DNA from: an uncultured Chloroflexota bacterium
Lineage (GTDB): Bacteria > Chloroflexota > Anaerolineae > Aggregatilineales > Phototrophicaceae
DNA: 25,834 nt
Direction of reading: 5' to 3'
NCBI GenBank assembly: GCA_937864975.1
Contig: CALMDI010000609.1
Coordinates: 1 to 25,834, forward strand
How positions within the stretch are numbered: the stretch's first letter is position 1; the number at the start of each line of letters is the position of its first letter. The position numbers and the translations under genes are program-made. The notes below the pieces were generated by a model, which saw only the letters and a list, made by a program, of their open reading frames with translations, ran no database searches and had not been told where the DNA came from. Of this stretch, positions 15,991 through 25,059 are shown piece by piece.

Positions 15991-18216
15991 ATGACTCCTG
16001 TTCTGACGAATGTCGAAAAACTTCGCCGCCTCCACTGGAATACGACTCTCAACGCGACGAACAGCGTTTTCGCCCAACTGACCTATTTCGGTCCCGCGTT
16101 CGTCCTGTTCCTCAACGAGTTAAATCTCAGCAATACGCAGATTGGTTTTATATTGTCGCTGCTGCCGTTCACGGCAATCGTCGCGCCGCTTATCGCGCCG
16201 TCCGTCGCGCGGTTCGGCTACAAACGTACCTTTGTCACCTTTTTCGGCATCCGCAAAATTGCGACCGCCGGACTTCTGCTTGTGCCGTGGGTGCTGGCGC
16301 GCTACGGGCACGAAACGATGGTCATTTATGTCACCTTCGTCGTCGGCGGCTTTGCTTTGTGCCGCGCGATCTCGGAAACAGGCATGTATCCCTGGGCGCA
16401 GGAGTACATTCCTAATACCATTCGCGGGCGCTACGCCGCGATTAGCGACATCGCCGTGCGCCTGACGGCGATCCTCTCCATTGGCGTTGCCAGCTACATT
16501 CTTGGGCTGTCGGCGGGGCTGGATCGGTTTATGCTGCTGTTCGCCATCGCGCTGGTCTTCGGCGCGGCGGCGGTTTGGGCGGCGACGCACATTCCCGGCG
16601 GCGCGCCGCAGCGCAAGAACGACAGCGAGAAAGTCTCTTATCGAGAGATGCTGCACGTGCTGCGCGACCGCAACTTTCTGCTGTACATGGCGGGGCTTGG
16701 CGCGCTGACGATTGGCACGGTGCCGATGGGATCGTTCCTGCCGCTGTTCATGGAGCAGCAGGTTGGGTTGAGCGAAAGCCGCGTCGTCCTTTTGCAGATC
16801 GGCACGCTCGTCGGCGGTCTCTCGTCCACCTATCTGGTGGGGTGGGCAGCCGACCGTTATGGCAGCAAGCCGGTGATGATGTCGGGCATCATCGTCAAGA
16901 TTCTGCTGCCGGTGGCGTGGGTGCTGATGCCGCGCTTCTCCGAGCTTAGCCTCCCTGCCGCCCTTTTGATCGCGCTCGTGCTTGGCGCGGCGGACATCGC
17001 CTGGGCGATTGGTTCGGCGCGGCTGTTGTACGTCAAGGTCGTGCCGCCCGCCAGGAGCGCGCAGTATATGGCGGTCTATTACGCGCTGATCGGCGTGATC
17101 GGCGGTCTGAGCCAGGTAGTCGGCGGGCGCGTGCTCGATTACACGCAGGACTTATCCGGTCAATTCCTGATTTTTACCGTCGATCCGTTCTTCCCGCTCT
17201 TTGTCTTTGGATTCGTGCTGACGATTGTCAGCGTGCTGCTGTTTCGACGCGTTCACGCGGATAGTCCGGTCGGTCTGGGTGAATTTGTCGGCTTGTTCAT
17301 TCACGGGAACCCCGTGCTGGCGCTCGAATCGTTGTTTCGCTATTACCGCGCCCGCGACGAACGCTCGACCGTCGCCATGACCGAGCGCATGGGCAAGACG
17401 AAAAGCCCGCTCACGGTCGAAGAGATGCTGGAAGCGCTCAAAGACCCGCGCTTCAACGTGCGCTTTGAAGCGATCATTTCGATTTCACGCATGGAATCCG
17501 ATCCCCGGCTGGTCGAAGCGCTGTGCAATATTGTGGATGGCACGGAAATCTCGCTGAGTGTGATCGCGGCGTGGGCGCTGGGACGGATCGGCGATGAACG
17601 GGCGATTGTGACGCTCAAAGCGGGACTCGACTCGGATTACCGCTCGATTCGCGCCCACTGCGCCCGCGCGCTGGGCACGCTCGGCGACACGTCGGTCGCG
17701 CCGCTGCTTCTCGCGCGGCTTCAGTCGGAAGCGGACAAAGGTTTACGCATGGCATATGCGTCGGCGCTGGGAAACCTTCGCTACTTCGAGGCAGCAGACA
17801 CGATTCTTGGCGTTCTAGAGGAAACCGAGAATGAAGGCGCGCGGTTGGAACTGGCGCTCGCGCTCGCGCGCATCGTCGGGCACGAGCATCACTTCATTCG
17901 CCTGCTGCGGAGTTTCCGGCAGGACAAAGGCACCGCCGCGTCGCAGGCGATCACCGCAGCCCAACGCCGCCTCGCGCCCCTGACGGATGGGTTCAGCCAT
18001 CTCATGAGCGAGTCCGCCGATGCCTTCGCGCGCGACGACTTCGATAGGGGGACTCTGCTGCTGATTCAGCTTATTGGAATACTCCCTCCCGACGCGCATA
18101 CGCCGCACGGCAGAGCCATTCTCGAAGCGTGCGCCCGGCAGTTGGAAATCATCAAGGCGGAGCCTGCTGACGTGTTACTGCTCGCGCTGCATACGCTGGA
18201 TGTTGCGGTCGCATAA
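15991..18216 (+). CDS. MFS transporter fused to C-terminal HEAT (PBS-lyase-like) repeats
   Basis: About 420 aa of MFS-like hydrophobic helices with motif A 'GWAADRYGSKPV'. These are followed in frame by repeats 'VRFEAIISISRM', 'IAAWALGRIGDERAI', 'HCARALGTLGD', 'AYASALGNL'. Confidence 0.88.
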   Translation: MTPVLTNVEKLRRLHWNTTLNATNSVFAQLTYFGPAFVLFLNELNLSNTQIGFILSLLPFTAIVAPLIAPSVARFGYKRTFVTFFGIRKIATAGLLLVPWVLARYGHETMVIYVTFVVGGFALCRAISETGMYPWAQEYIPNTIRGRYAAISDIAVRLTAILSIGVASYILGLSAGLDRFMLLFAIALVFGAAAVWAATHIPGGAPQRKNDSEKVSYREMLHVLRDRNFLLYMAGLGALTIGTVPMGSFLPLFMEQQVGLSESRVVLLQIGTLVGGLSSTYLVGWAADRYGSKPVMMSGIIVKILLPVAWVLMPRFSELSLPAALLIALVLGAADIAWAIGSARLLYVKVVPPARSAQYMAVYYALIGVIGGLSQVVGGRVLDYTQDLSGQFLIFTVDPFFPLFVFGFVLTIVSVLLFRRVHADSPVGLGEFVGLFIHGNPVLALESLFRYYRARDERSTVAMTERMGKTKSPLTVEEMLEALKDPRFNVRFEAIISISRMESDPRLVEALCNIVDGTEISLSVIAAWALGRIGDERAIVTLKAGLDSDYRSIRAHCARALGTLGDTSVAPLLLARLQSEADKGLRMAYASALGNLRYFEAADTILGVLEETENEGARLELALALARIVGHEHHFIRLLRSFRQDKGTAASQAITAAQRRLAPLTDGFSHLMSESADAFARDDFDRGTLLLIQLIGILPPDAHTPHGRAILEACARQLEIIKAEPADVLLLALHTLDVAVA

Positions 18217-18315
18217 GCGGCGCTCATGATCCGCCTATGATTTGCGAACGAAGGGTTAACGTTCCTGTGTTACCCTTAAAGCTAGTCCAGAGCGTAGTCA
18301 TAGGAGAGACCATCG

Positions 18316-18897
18316 ATGAATGCTGATCTTCGCTCAGGCTCTAATGGTACCCGCACGGAAACGGCGACGCTGGCAGGTGGCTGCTTCTGGTGCCTCGAAG
18401 CTGTGTTCGACGAACTCAAGGGCGTGACCGACGTGATCTCCGGCTACGCAGGCGGGCACGTTGCCAAGCCGTCGTATGAAGCGGTCTGTCAGGGAACGAC
18501 GGGACATGCCGAAGTGGTGCAGATCAAATTCGATCCCGACGTCATCAGCTTCCGCGATCTTCTGCACGTCTTCTTCACTATCCACGACCCGACCACCCTC
18601 AACCGGCAGGGGGCGGACGTGGGAACGCAGTATCGCTCGGCGATCTTTTATCACTCGCCGGAGCAAAAGCAGATTGCCGAAGAAGTGATCGCGGAACTGG
18701 AAGCCAACCATCTGTGGAACGATCCGATTGTGACGGAAGTTAGCCCGGTGGACGCCTATTACGCGGCGGAAGACTATCACCAGGAATACTTCGCCCGTAA
18801 TCCGTATCAGGGTTACTGCCGCGTGGTCATCGCGCCGAAGGTGGCGAAGTTCCGCAAGCAGTATCTCAATCGCCTCAAGGCGGATCCCGCGCGCTGA
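18316..18897 (+). CDS. msrA: Peptide-methionine (S)-S-oxide reductase MsrA
   Basis: Catalytic 'GGCFWC', 'GYAGG', 'TGHAEVVQI', 'HDPTTLNRQGADVGTQYRSAI', 'AEDYHQEY', 'GYC'. RBS AGGAG upstream. Confidence 0.98.
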   Translation: MNADLRSGSNGTRTETATLAGGCFWCLEAVFDELKGVTDVISGYAGGHVAKPSYEAVCQGTTGHAEVVQIKFDPDVISFRDLLHVFFTIHDPTTLNRQGADVGTQYRSAIFYHSPEQKQIAEEVIAELEANHLWNDPIVTEVSPVDAYYAAEDYHQEYFARNPYQGYCRVVIAPKVAKFRKQYLNRLKADPAR

Positions 18898-18905
18898 CGC
18901 GAGCC

Positions 18906-19604
18906 GTGCTGTACTCGCTTTTCGCGGCGTGGGCGCGGCGACCGGCGCTTCCGGCGCTTGTGCTTGCCGGGCTGCTTTCCGGCTGCAATCTGGTCGCCGC
19001 GCCCACGCCCGCGCCGACGATTCCCCTGATCCCAACCCTGACTGATATCCCCACCAGCGCGCCCCTGCCTCAGCCGACGCAGGCATCGACATTTGGGACA
19101 ATCCTGTTTCTCGGCGACAGCATCACGAAAGGCTGGAACCTCACAGCGCTCTACTCCGGCGCGGTCAACGGCGGGCAGATTAACGACACGAGCGCGGACG
19201 TACTGGCGCGCTATTTGCAGTCTTACGCGGGAACCCGTTTCGACGCCATCGTGGTGCAGGTTGGCATCAACGACATTGCTTCTGGCGTCAGTGACCAGAC
19301 GCTTCGTGAAAATCTCATGCTGCTGATGTCGACGCTGCAAGGCGCCGCCGGGCGGGTTTTCATCGGCTCGCTGCTGCCCGTGAGCGACCCGCGCCTGATG
19401 GCGTCCGCGCAGCCCCGTGTGGTTGAGCTAAACGGCTGGTTGCGCGATGCTGCCGCCGGGAATGGCTTTGGCTTCGTCGATTACTACAGCGCCATGATTG
19501 ACGCCGACGGGCAGGCGGTGAGCGCCTATTTTCAGGATGGGCTTCATCCCTCGCCCGCGGGCTATGCCGCGATGGCGAATGTGCTCGCTGCTGCCCTCCG
19601 GTAA
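18906..19604 (+). CDS. SGNH/GDSL hydrolase, probable lipoprotein
   Basis: Lipobox 'LLSGC', Pro/Thr-rich linker, blocks 'FLGDSIT', 'VGINDI', 'DGLHPS'. Confidence 0.9.
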   Translation: MLYSLFAAWARRPALPALVLAGLLSGCNLVAAPTPAPTIPLIPTLTDIPTSAPLPQPTQASTFGTILFLGDSITKGWNLTALYSGAVNGGQINDTSADVLARYLQSYAGTRFDAIVVQVGINDIASGVSDQTLRENLMLLMSTLQGAAGRVFIGSLLPVSDPRLMASAQPRVVELNGWLRDAAAGNGFGFVDYYSAMIDADGQAVSAYFQDGLHPSPAGYAAMANVLAAALR

Positions 19605-19676
19605 TGCCTGTGCTTTTGTCTGCGTTGTCCCGCGCGAGTATCATTGAGCGCATTGCCATACACCCAGGAATGCGTC

Positions 19677-20423
19677 ATGAAGCTGACGAAAAATCTCTAC
19701 GTCGTGGGCGGCGGTCGGTTCGGCTTTGGCTTGTCCGGCGAGTTGGACTGCCATGTTTTCGTCCTGGATGGCGGCTCGGAACTGGCGCTGATCGATCCCG
19801 GTCTTGGGCTGAACGATGATTTCGAGACAATTTTGCAGAACATTCGCGACGACGGTTTAGATACGCGCCGCATCCGCAAGCTGATTCTGACGCATTATCA
19901 CTGCGATCATATCGGCGCGGCGGCGGAGGCAGCGGGGCGGCTGGACGTGGAGGTATTCGCCTCGACGCTGGCGGCTCCGGTAATCCGTAATGCGGACGAG
20001 AAGGCGGTCGCGCTCGACGTGGCAAAAGCCGCCGGGTTCTACCCGCAGGATTTTCACCTGCCGCCGTGCCCGGTGCATCGAGAGATTCACGAAGGCGACG
20101 TGCTGGAAGTCGGTGATCTGCGGCTGCAAGCCTACGACACGCCCGGTCACTGCGACGGGCACCTGAGCTTTACCATGACTGGCGGCGACCGGAATTATCT
20201 GCTCGGCGCGGACCTGGTGTTCTGGGGCGGGAAAATCCTGCTGCAAAATATCCACGACTGTCGCATCGACGCCTATGCGGGCAGCGTGTTCAAAGTGGCT
20301 GATCTGGATTTCGACGCGCTGGTGCCTGGGCACCTGCAAATCTCGCTGCGCTTCGGCAAGCAGCACGTCACCAGAGCCGCCGACGCATTTCGGCAGTTGG
20401 GCGTCCCCGCTAATCTGGTATAG
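19677..20423 (+). CDS. MBL-fold metallo-hydrolase
   Basis: 'THYHCDHIG' (HxHxDH), 'TPGHCDGH', 'ADLVF', 'VPGH'. Start MKLTKN at 19677. Confidence 0.93.
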   Translation: MKLTKNLYVVGGGRFGFGLSGELDCHVFVLDGGSELALIDPGLGLNDDFETILQNIRDDGLDTRRIRKLILTHYHCDHIGAAAEAAGRLDVEVFASTLAAPVIRNADEKAVALDVAKAAGFYPQDFHLPPCPVHREIHEGDVLEVGDLRLQAYDTPGHCDGHLSFTMTGGDRNYLLGADLVFWGGKILLQNIHDCRIDAYAGSVFKVADLDFDALVPGHLQISLRFGKQHVTRAADAFRQLGVPANLV

Positions 20424-21210
20424 CAGGGGAGACGGCGCGATTGGAGGGATAGGCGCTCAGATCGTTGGGCTGCCCGAACGCGACCGGAACCTTCGTAAAC
20501 TCGCCGCCCTCGCACGGATGTCCCTGATAGGCGTAGAACGTCGTCTCGCCGTCCTTCCAGTGGACAACGTAGCTGTAAACGGTCTCGTACATGCCGTGGT
20601 TGCAGATGCCGTAGTGCAGTCCCGGCTCGTGCTGGCGCACCAGCGCGAACACGTCGTCCAGCGTCTCCGCCTCGCGGATGCCCTTGAACGCCAGTCCGTA
20701 GCGCACCGGTGTGGTCACGGTGTCATCATCGTCGGCGTTTGCGCCGAAGCACAGGTGATGATTCGCCCGCGCGATAAACCGCGGGTGCCGCTCCACATTG
20801 ACCTCGTGCCCGCGCACTTCCAGCGCTGCTACTTCATCCGGTGTCGCCACCAGCATATTTGCCCAGCAGTACACGCCCTCACCCGCGATCTGGCGCACGC
20901 GCTCGGCGGCGTCCTCAATCGTCGCGCAGTCTTCGACCACGGCTTGCACGAACTTGTCATAATTGTCCCCATTCTCGACCGTTTTCACGTTCGAGTCGCA
21001 GCAGGCGAGATGCGCGTTGAAGCCGATGGAAAAGCCCGAAAAGCGGTCGCTTGCCGGGTCGAGACCGTCCCACGTTTCCAGTCCGAGCACGCCAAACGCG
21101 CGATCCGTGACGCTCACGCGGTCGTCAAACTGCCCGCGCTTGAAATCACGATTTTTGAACAGAACAAATTCACGCCCCGGCACCAGCACCTTTGCGCCTG
21201 TCGTACACAT
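20410..21210 (-). CDS. Putative N-terminal-nucleophile (Ntn) cysteine hydrolase (C45/C59/C69-like)
   Basis: AGGAGG lies 5 nt before ATG 21210, giving M-C-T-T; then 'LFKNRDF' and 'ARANH'. The fold assignment is by motif recall. Confidence 0.6.
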   Translation of the reverse strand: MCTTGAKVLVPGREFVLFKNRDFKRGQFDDRVSVTDRAFGVLGLETWDGLDPASDRFSGFSIGFNAHLACCDSNVKTVENGDNYDKFVQAVVEDCATIEDAAERVRQIAGEGVYCWANMLVATPDEVAALEVRGHEVNVERHPRFIARANHHLCFGANADDDDTVTTPVRYGLAFKGIREAETLDDVFALVRQHEPGLHYGICNHGMYETVYSYVVHWKDGETTFYAYQGHPCEGGEFTKVPVAFGQPNDLSAYPSNRAVSPAIPD

Positions 21211-21219
21211 CATCGCCTC

Positions 21220-22194
21220 CTACTGGCGTCCCTTTTGCTTGTACAGCGCGACCGCGATGACGATGATCGCGCCTTCGATCAGGTCGCGCAGCCATTGATT
21301 CACGTTCAAAACGACGAGCAAATTGCCGATCAAGCCGAGAAGCAGCACGCCCCCAAGCGTTCCGATCAAGCCGCCGCGCCCCCCGAACAGGCTCGTGCCG
21401 CCGATCACCACCGCGCTGATCGTCTCCAGTTCCAGACCGTCGCCGATGTTCGGATCGCCCACGCCGGAGCGGCTGAGGGCGAACAACCCGGTCAGCGCCG
21501 CGAGGACGCTGCACAGAATGTACACGCCATATTTGACGCGGTTGACCGGAATACCGGAGAGGCGCGCCACCTGTTCGTTGCCGCCCACGGCATAAATATA
21601 GCGCCCAAAGCGCGTCCGTCGCAGCACAAACATCAGGACGACCAGCAGGACGAAAAAGGCAACAATCAGCGCGTAAACGGGACCGACCTTCAGATCGTAG
21701 AACTGAACGACCGGCGGCGCGGCGCGTCCAATCGGCGTTGTCGAGATGGTATAGGCGATGCCGCGCAAAATGCTGTACGTGCCGAGCGTGACGATGAACG
21801 GCGCGACCTTGAGCCGCGTGATGAGAAAGGCGTGCGCCGCGCCCACCACCACGCCGAGTCCAAGCGTCGCCACGACCGCCACGCCGATGTTCTCCGGCTG
21901 TCCGTTCATCAGCAGCGCCGAGACGAGCACCGAGACCTTGACCATCGACCCCACGGATAGGTCGATGCCGCCGCTGAGGATGACCAGCGTTTGCCCGATG
22001 GCGGCGGTTCCGATGAACACCGACTGCCGGAAGATGTTGAGCAGGTTGCGATCCGTCAGAAAGCGGTCAGAGTTCAGCGTGCCGTATATGCCGAGCGCGA
22101 GAATCAACCCGTAGACGATCAGGTAGGGAATATGGCGGCGCAGGGCAGACCAGCGCGCTTCGGGCGGTATGGCGGCGGTGAGGGTGGTCGTCAT
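21220..22194 (-). CDS. Monosaccharide (CUT2, RbsC-like) ABC permease
   Basis: 'SGGIDLSVGS', 'APFIVTLG', 'YAVGGNEQVARLSGIP', 'ETISAVVIGGTSLFGGRG'. Confidence 0.96.
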   Translation of the reverse strand: MTTTLTAAIPPEARWSALRRHIPYLIVYGLILALGIYGTLNSDRFLTDRNLLNIFRQSVFIGTAAIGQTLVILSGGIDLSVGSMVKVSVLVSALLMNGQPENIGVAVVATLGLGVVVGAAHAFLITRLKVAPFIVTLGTYSILRGIAYTISTTPIGRAAPPVVQFYDLKVGPVYALIVAFFVLLVVLMFVLRRTRFGRYIYAVGGNEQVARLSGIPVNRVKYGVYILCSVLAALTGLFALSRSGVGDPNIGDGLELETISAVVIGGTSLFGGRGGLIGTLGGVLLLGLIGNLLVVLNVNQWLRDLIEGAIIVIAVALYKQKGRQ

Positions 22195-23738
22195 CAGTCG
22201 ATTGCCTGACCTGTCTGCGTCTCGGACGCCTCGGCAAGCCCGCGCCCGGTCGTCGCCAGGTGAATAATTTTTTCCTCGGTCGCTTCCTCGCGCGACAACT
22301 CGCCTGCGATTGCGCCGTCGTGCATGACGAGAATCCGGTCGCTCATGCCCAGAATTTCCGGCAGCTCGGAGGAGATCATCAGGATTGCCACGCCGCGGTC
22401 GGTCAGCGCGCGCATGAGCTGGTAAATCTCAAATTTCGCGCCCACGTCAATGCCGCGCGTCGGCTCGTCCAGGATGACGACCGTTGGCGCGGTTGCCAGC
22501 CACTTCGCCAGCACGACCTTTTGCTGGTTGCCGCCGCTTAAATCCTGCACTTCCTGCCGGTCAGACGCCATGACGATGGCAAGCTCGCCGCGCGCTTTCT
22601 GAACCGCCTCCGCTTCCAGCCGCCGCTGAAGCATCGCGCCGCGCGTGATTCGGTCGAGGATGGTCACGGTAATGTTGTCGCGAATCGGCAGTTCCATGAA
22701 CAGCCCCTGCGTCTTGCGATCTTCGGGGACGAGCGCCATGCCCAGCCGCACGGCGGCATTCGGGCTGCTGACACGCCGCCGCTCGCCGCGAATCGTGAGG
22801 CTGCCCGACCGCAGCGAATCCGCGCCGAATAAGGCGCGCGCCAGTTCGGTGCGCCCGCTCCCAACCATCCCCGCCACGCCGACGATTTCGCCGCTGTGGA
22901 GCCTCAGGCTGACGTCGTTGATCGCATCGGTCGTCAGGTGTTGCGCGACCAGCGCCGTCTCGCCGCGATGACCGCGGCTCTTGGGAAACACCTCGTCCAG
23001 CGGGCGACCCACCATCATCTGGATCAGCTGCGAGCGCGTGAGCGCCTCAAGCGGCTTTGTGCCCACGACGCGCCCATCCTTGAGGACGGTCACTTCATCG
23101 GCAATCTGAAACACTTCGTCCAGCCGGTGCGAGATGTAAACCACCGTGACGTTCTGCGCGACAAGCGACTCGATGATCGAGAAGAGGATTTCAAGCTCGT
23201 GCCCCGCCAGAATCGCGGACGGCTCGTCCATGACGATCATGTCCACCTGCTGCGACAGCGCCCTGGCGATCTCCACCATCTGCTGCCGCGCGACCGTAAG
23301 CTCGCCCACCAGCCGCCGCACGTTGAGGTTGACCCCCAGGCGATTCAGCAGGGAAGCCGCCTCGGCATTCATGCGCTTTGAGTCGAGCAGCCCCAACGAC
23401 GTACGCGGCTCGCGACCGAGGAAAATGTTCTCCGCGACGGTCATGTAAGGCAGTAAATTCAATTCCTGATAAATTATCGCGATGCCGCTGTCGAGCGCTT
23501 CGCGGGTCGTCAGGCGGTCGTAATGGCGTCCCTTGTACACGATCTCGCCGCTGTCCGCCACGTAGGCTCCGGCGAGGATTTTCATGAGCGTCGATTTTCC
23601 CGCGCCGTTTTCGCCCACCAGCGCGTGAACGGTGCCGCGGCGGCAGCGGAACGACACGTCGCGCAGCGCGTGGACGCCCGCGAACGACTTCGAGATGTTA
23701 CGCATCTCAAGAATGATGTCTTCGGTCGGTTCTGTCAT
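22194..23738 (-). CDS. Monosaccharide ABC ATP-binding protein with two ABC domains (RbsA/MglA-like)
   Basis: Walker A 'GENGAGKS', 'VMDEPSA', second-domain 'LSGGNQQK' and 'ILDEPTRGIDVGAK'. Confidence 0.97.
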   Translation of the reverse strand: MTEPTEDIILEMRNISKSFAGVHALRDVSFRCRRGTVHALVGENGAGKSTLMKILAGAYVADSGEIVYKGRHYDRLTTREALDSGIAIIYQELNLLPYMTVAENIFLGREPRTSLGLLDSKRMNAEAASLLNRLGVNLNVRRLVGELTVARQQMVEIARALSQQVDMIVMDEPSAILAGHELEILFSIIESLVAQNVTVVYISHRLDEVFQIADEVTVLKDGRVVGTKPLEALTRSQLIQMMVGRPLDEVFPKSRGHRGETALVAQHLTTDAINDVSLRLHSGEIVGVAGMVGSGRTELARALFGADSLRSGSLTIRGERRRVSSPNAAVRLGMALVPEDRKTQGLFMELPIRDNITVTILDRITRGAMLQRRLEAEAVQKARGELAIVMASDRQEVQDLSGGNQQKVVLAKWLATAPTVVILDEPTRGIDVGAKFEIYQLMRALTDRGVAILMISSELPEILGMSDRILVMHDGAIAGELSREEATEEKIIHLATTGRGLAEASETQTGQAID

Positions 23739-23796
23739 CGGACATTTCTATCGCGCTTCATCGACTATGCTAGCTGTTTCAGCCTCGGCGTCGCCT

Positions 23797-23835
23797 CCGA
23801 AGCCCCCTTTCCCCATAGGAGAGAGGGGACTTCGG
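23797..23835. repeat. REP-like imperfect hairpin CCGAAGCCCCCTTTCC-CCATA-GGAGAGAGGGGACTTCGG
   Basis: Resembles unit A at 13742 (GGAGAGGGACTT end). It sits between the SBP and ATPase genes. Confidence 0.7.
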
Positions 23836-23850
23836 GATGAAGGAAAAATC

Positions 23851-25020
23851 CTAGCTCGCCGCTTCGGTCGCTTCCGCTTCGCCAGCCGTCATGTAGCCCA
23901 GCTCGACCATACGCTCGTCCGGCAGGAAGATCGGTCCAAAGACGTCGTCGCTCCAGTTTGGATTGTAGAATGCGTCCATCGTCTCATTGGTAAAGTCGCC
24001 GGAGTTTTCCAGCACGTCCCGGAAGTCGATGAAGCGCGGTACAGGCTCTCCGCGAAGGATTTGCAGCGCCGCGTCGATGCAGGTGATGACCATCGCGTTC
24101 GGGTACTGCACCGCGTTGAAGGGGAAGCCTTCTTCCGCCGCCAGCCGCATGAAGCCCTGCGCGTATTCCCCACCCGCGATGGGCGGAATCGGCAGACCGG
24201 CATCCTGGTACGCGCTGACGATGCCCTGCGACATTTGCGCGCCGTTCGACCAGATGCCATCAATCTCCTCGCCGTACTGCGCGATCCACTGTTCCATCAC
24301 GGCTTTGGCTTCGGGAATCGACCAGTTGCCGTACTGCGCGGCGAGCACTTCGATGCCCGGATTCGCCGCCCAAACCGCCTCGGCGCCCGCTTTCGCGATT
24401 TCCGCGGTGTCCACGCCGGCGATTCCGTCCATCTGAACGATCTGACCTTCGCCGCCAAGCTGGTCAACCAGCCACTGCGCCTGACGTCCACCCATGTCAT
24501 AGAGGTTTGTGCCGACCTCGGTGACAAAGTTGTCCGTTTCCACACCGCTGGCGCACAGTACCACGGGCACGCCCTGCGCCATCGCCCGCTCCACAGGCGC
24601 GGACAGCGCGGCGCGACCCATCGGCACCAGAATCAGCGCATCGGGTTCCTGCGCCAACAGGTCTTCGACCTGCGGCACCTGAATGTCCGCGTTGCCGTTG
24701 GCGTCGGCGTAGAGCAGTTCCGAAACGACCTCCGGTCCAAGCTGCTCGACGTACCAGCGCGCGTGCTCGTCAAACAGGGTCGCCCACGAGTTCGTTGGAC
24801 CCTGTGCGGCGAGGGCAATCCGGTATGGACCTTCCTTCGCAAACGCGCTCGTGTCGTACATTTCGCTGCCGCGCTGCACGACACTGGCAAGGTACGGATT
24901 GTTGGCGAGTTCTTCTTCGGTATAGACGGGTGCTTCTTCCGTGGCATCCTGCGCCAGTACGCTGACGCTGACGAGCGACAGCAGCAGCGCGACGCCCGAC
25001 AGCGCCACCGTGATCCGCAT
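23851..25020 (-). CDS. Periplasmic-binding-protein-1 (RbsB-like) sugar ABC solute-binding protein; start uncertain because it abuts the junction
   Basis: 'YADANGNADIQVPQVEDLLAQEPDALILVP', 'VERAMAQGVPVV', 'NPGIEVLAAQYGNWS'. Signal-like 'MRITVALSGVALLLSLVSVSVLA|QD', but no clear RBS. Confidence 0.85.
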   Translation of the reverse strand: MRITVALSGVALLLSLVSVSVLAQDATEEAPVYTEEELANNPYLASVVQRGSEMYDTSAFAKEGPYRIALAAQGPTNSWATLFDEHARWYVEQLGPEVVSELLYADANGNADIQVPQVEDLLAQEPDALILVPMGRAALSAPVERAMAQGVPVVLCASGVETDNFVTEVGTNLYDMGGRQAQWLVDQLGGEGQIVQMDGIAGVDTAEIAKAGAEAVWAANPGIEVLAAQYGNWSIPEAKAVMEQWIAQYGEEIDGIWSNGAQMSQGIVSAYQDAGLPIPPIAGGEYAQGFMRLAAEEGFPFNAVQYPNAMVITCIDAALQILRGEPVPRFIDFRDVLENSGDFTNETMDAFYNPNWSDDVFGPIFLPDERMVELGYMTAGEAEATEAAS

Positions 25021-25059
25021 CCACATCGTCATCACCCAGAGCACGTCGTTGTTGGCTTC

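Noticed and set aside
18251-18277. Imperfect inverted repeat AAGGGTTAAC...GTTACCCTT upstream of msrA as an operator or ECF promoter
   Set aside because: It has one bulge, no second copy in the window, and no consensus I can match with confidence.
19677-20423. MBL-fold gene as an antibiotic-resistance beta-lactamase
   Set aside because: The HxHxDH motif is shared by the whole superfamily. There is no signal peptide and no mobile context.
20275-21960. Long antisense ORFs (20275-21960 +, 11397-12773 +, 1376-2335 -, 7734-8687 +, 14997-15953 + and similar)
   Set aside because: They are shadows of well-supported genes on the opposite strand, as expected in GC-rich DNA, and contain no recognisable motifs.
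1256-23835. CRISPR array or IS/transposase behind the repeats
   Set aside because: The repeats are isolated intergenic hairpins with no regular repeat-spacer period. No cas, transposase or integrase ORF is present.
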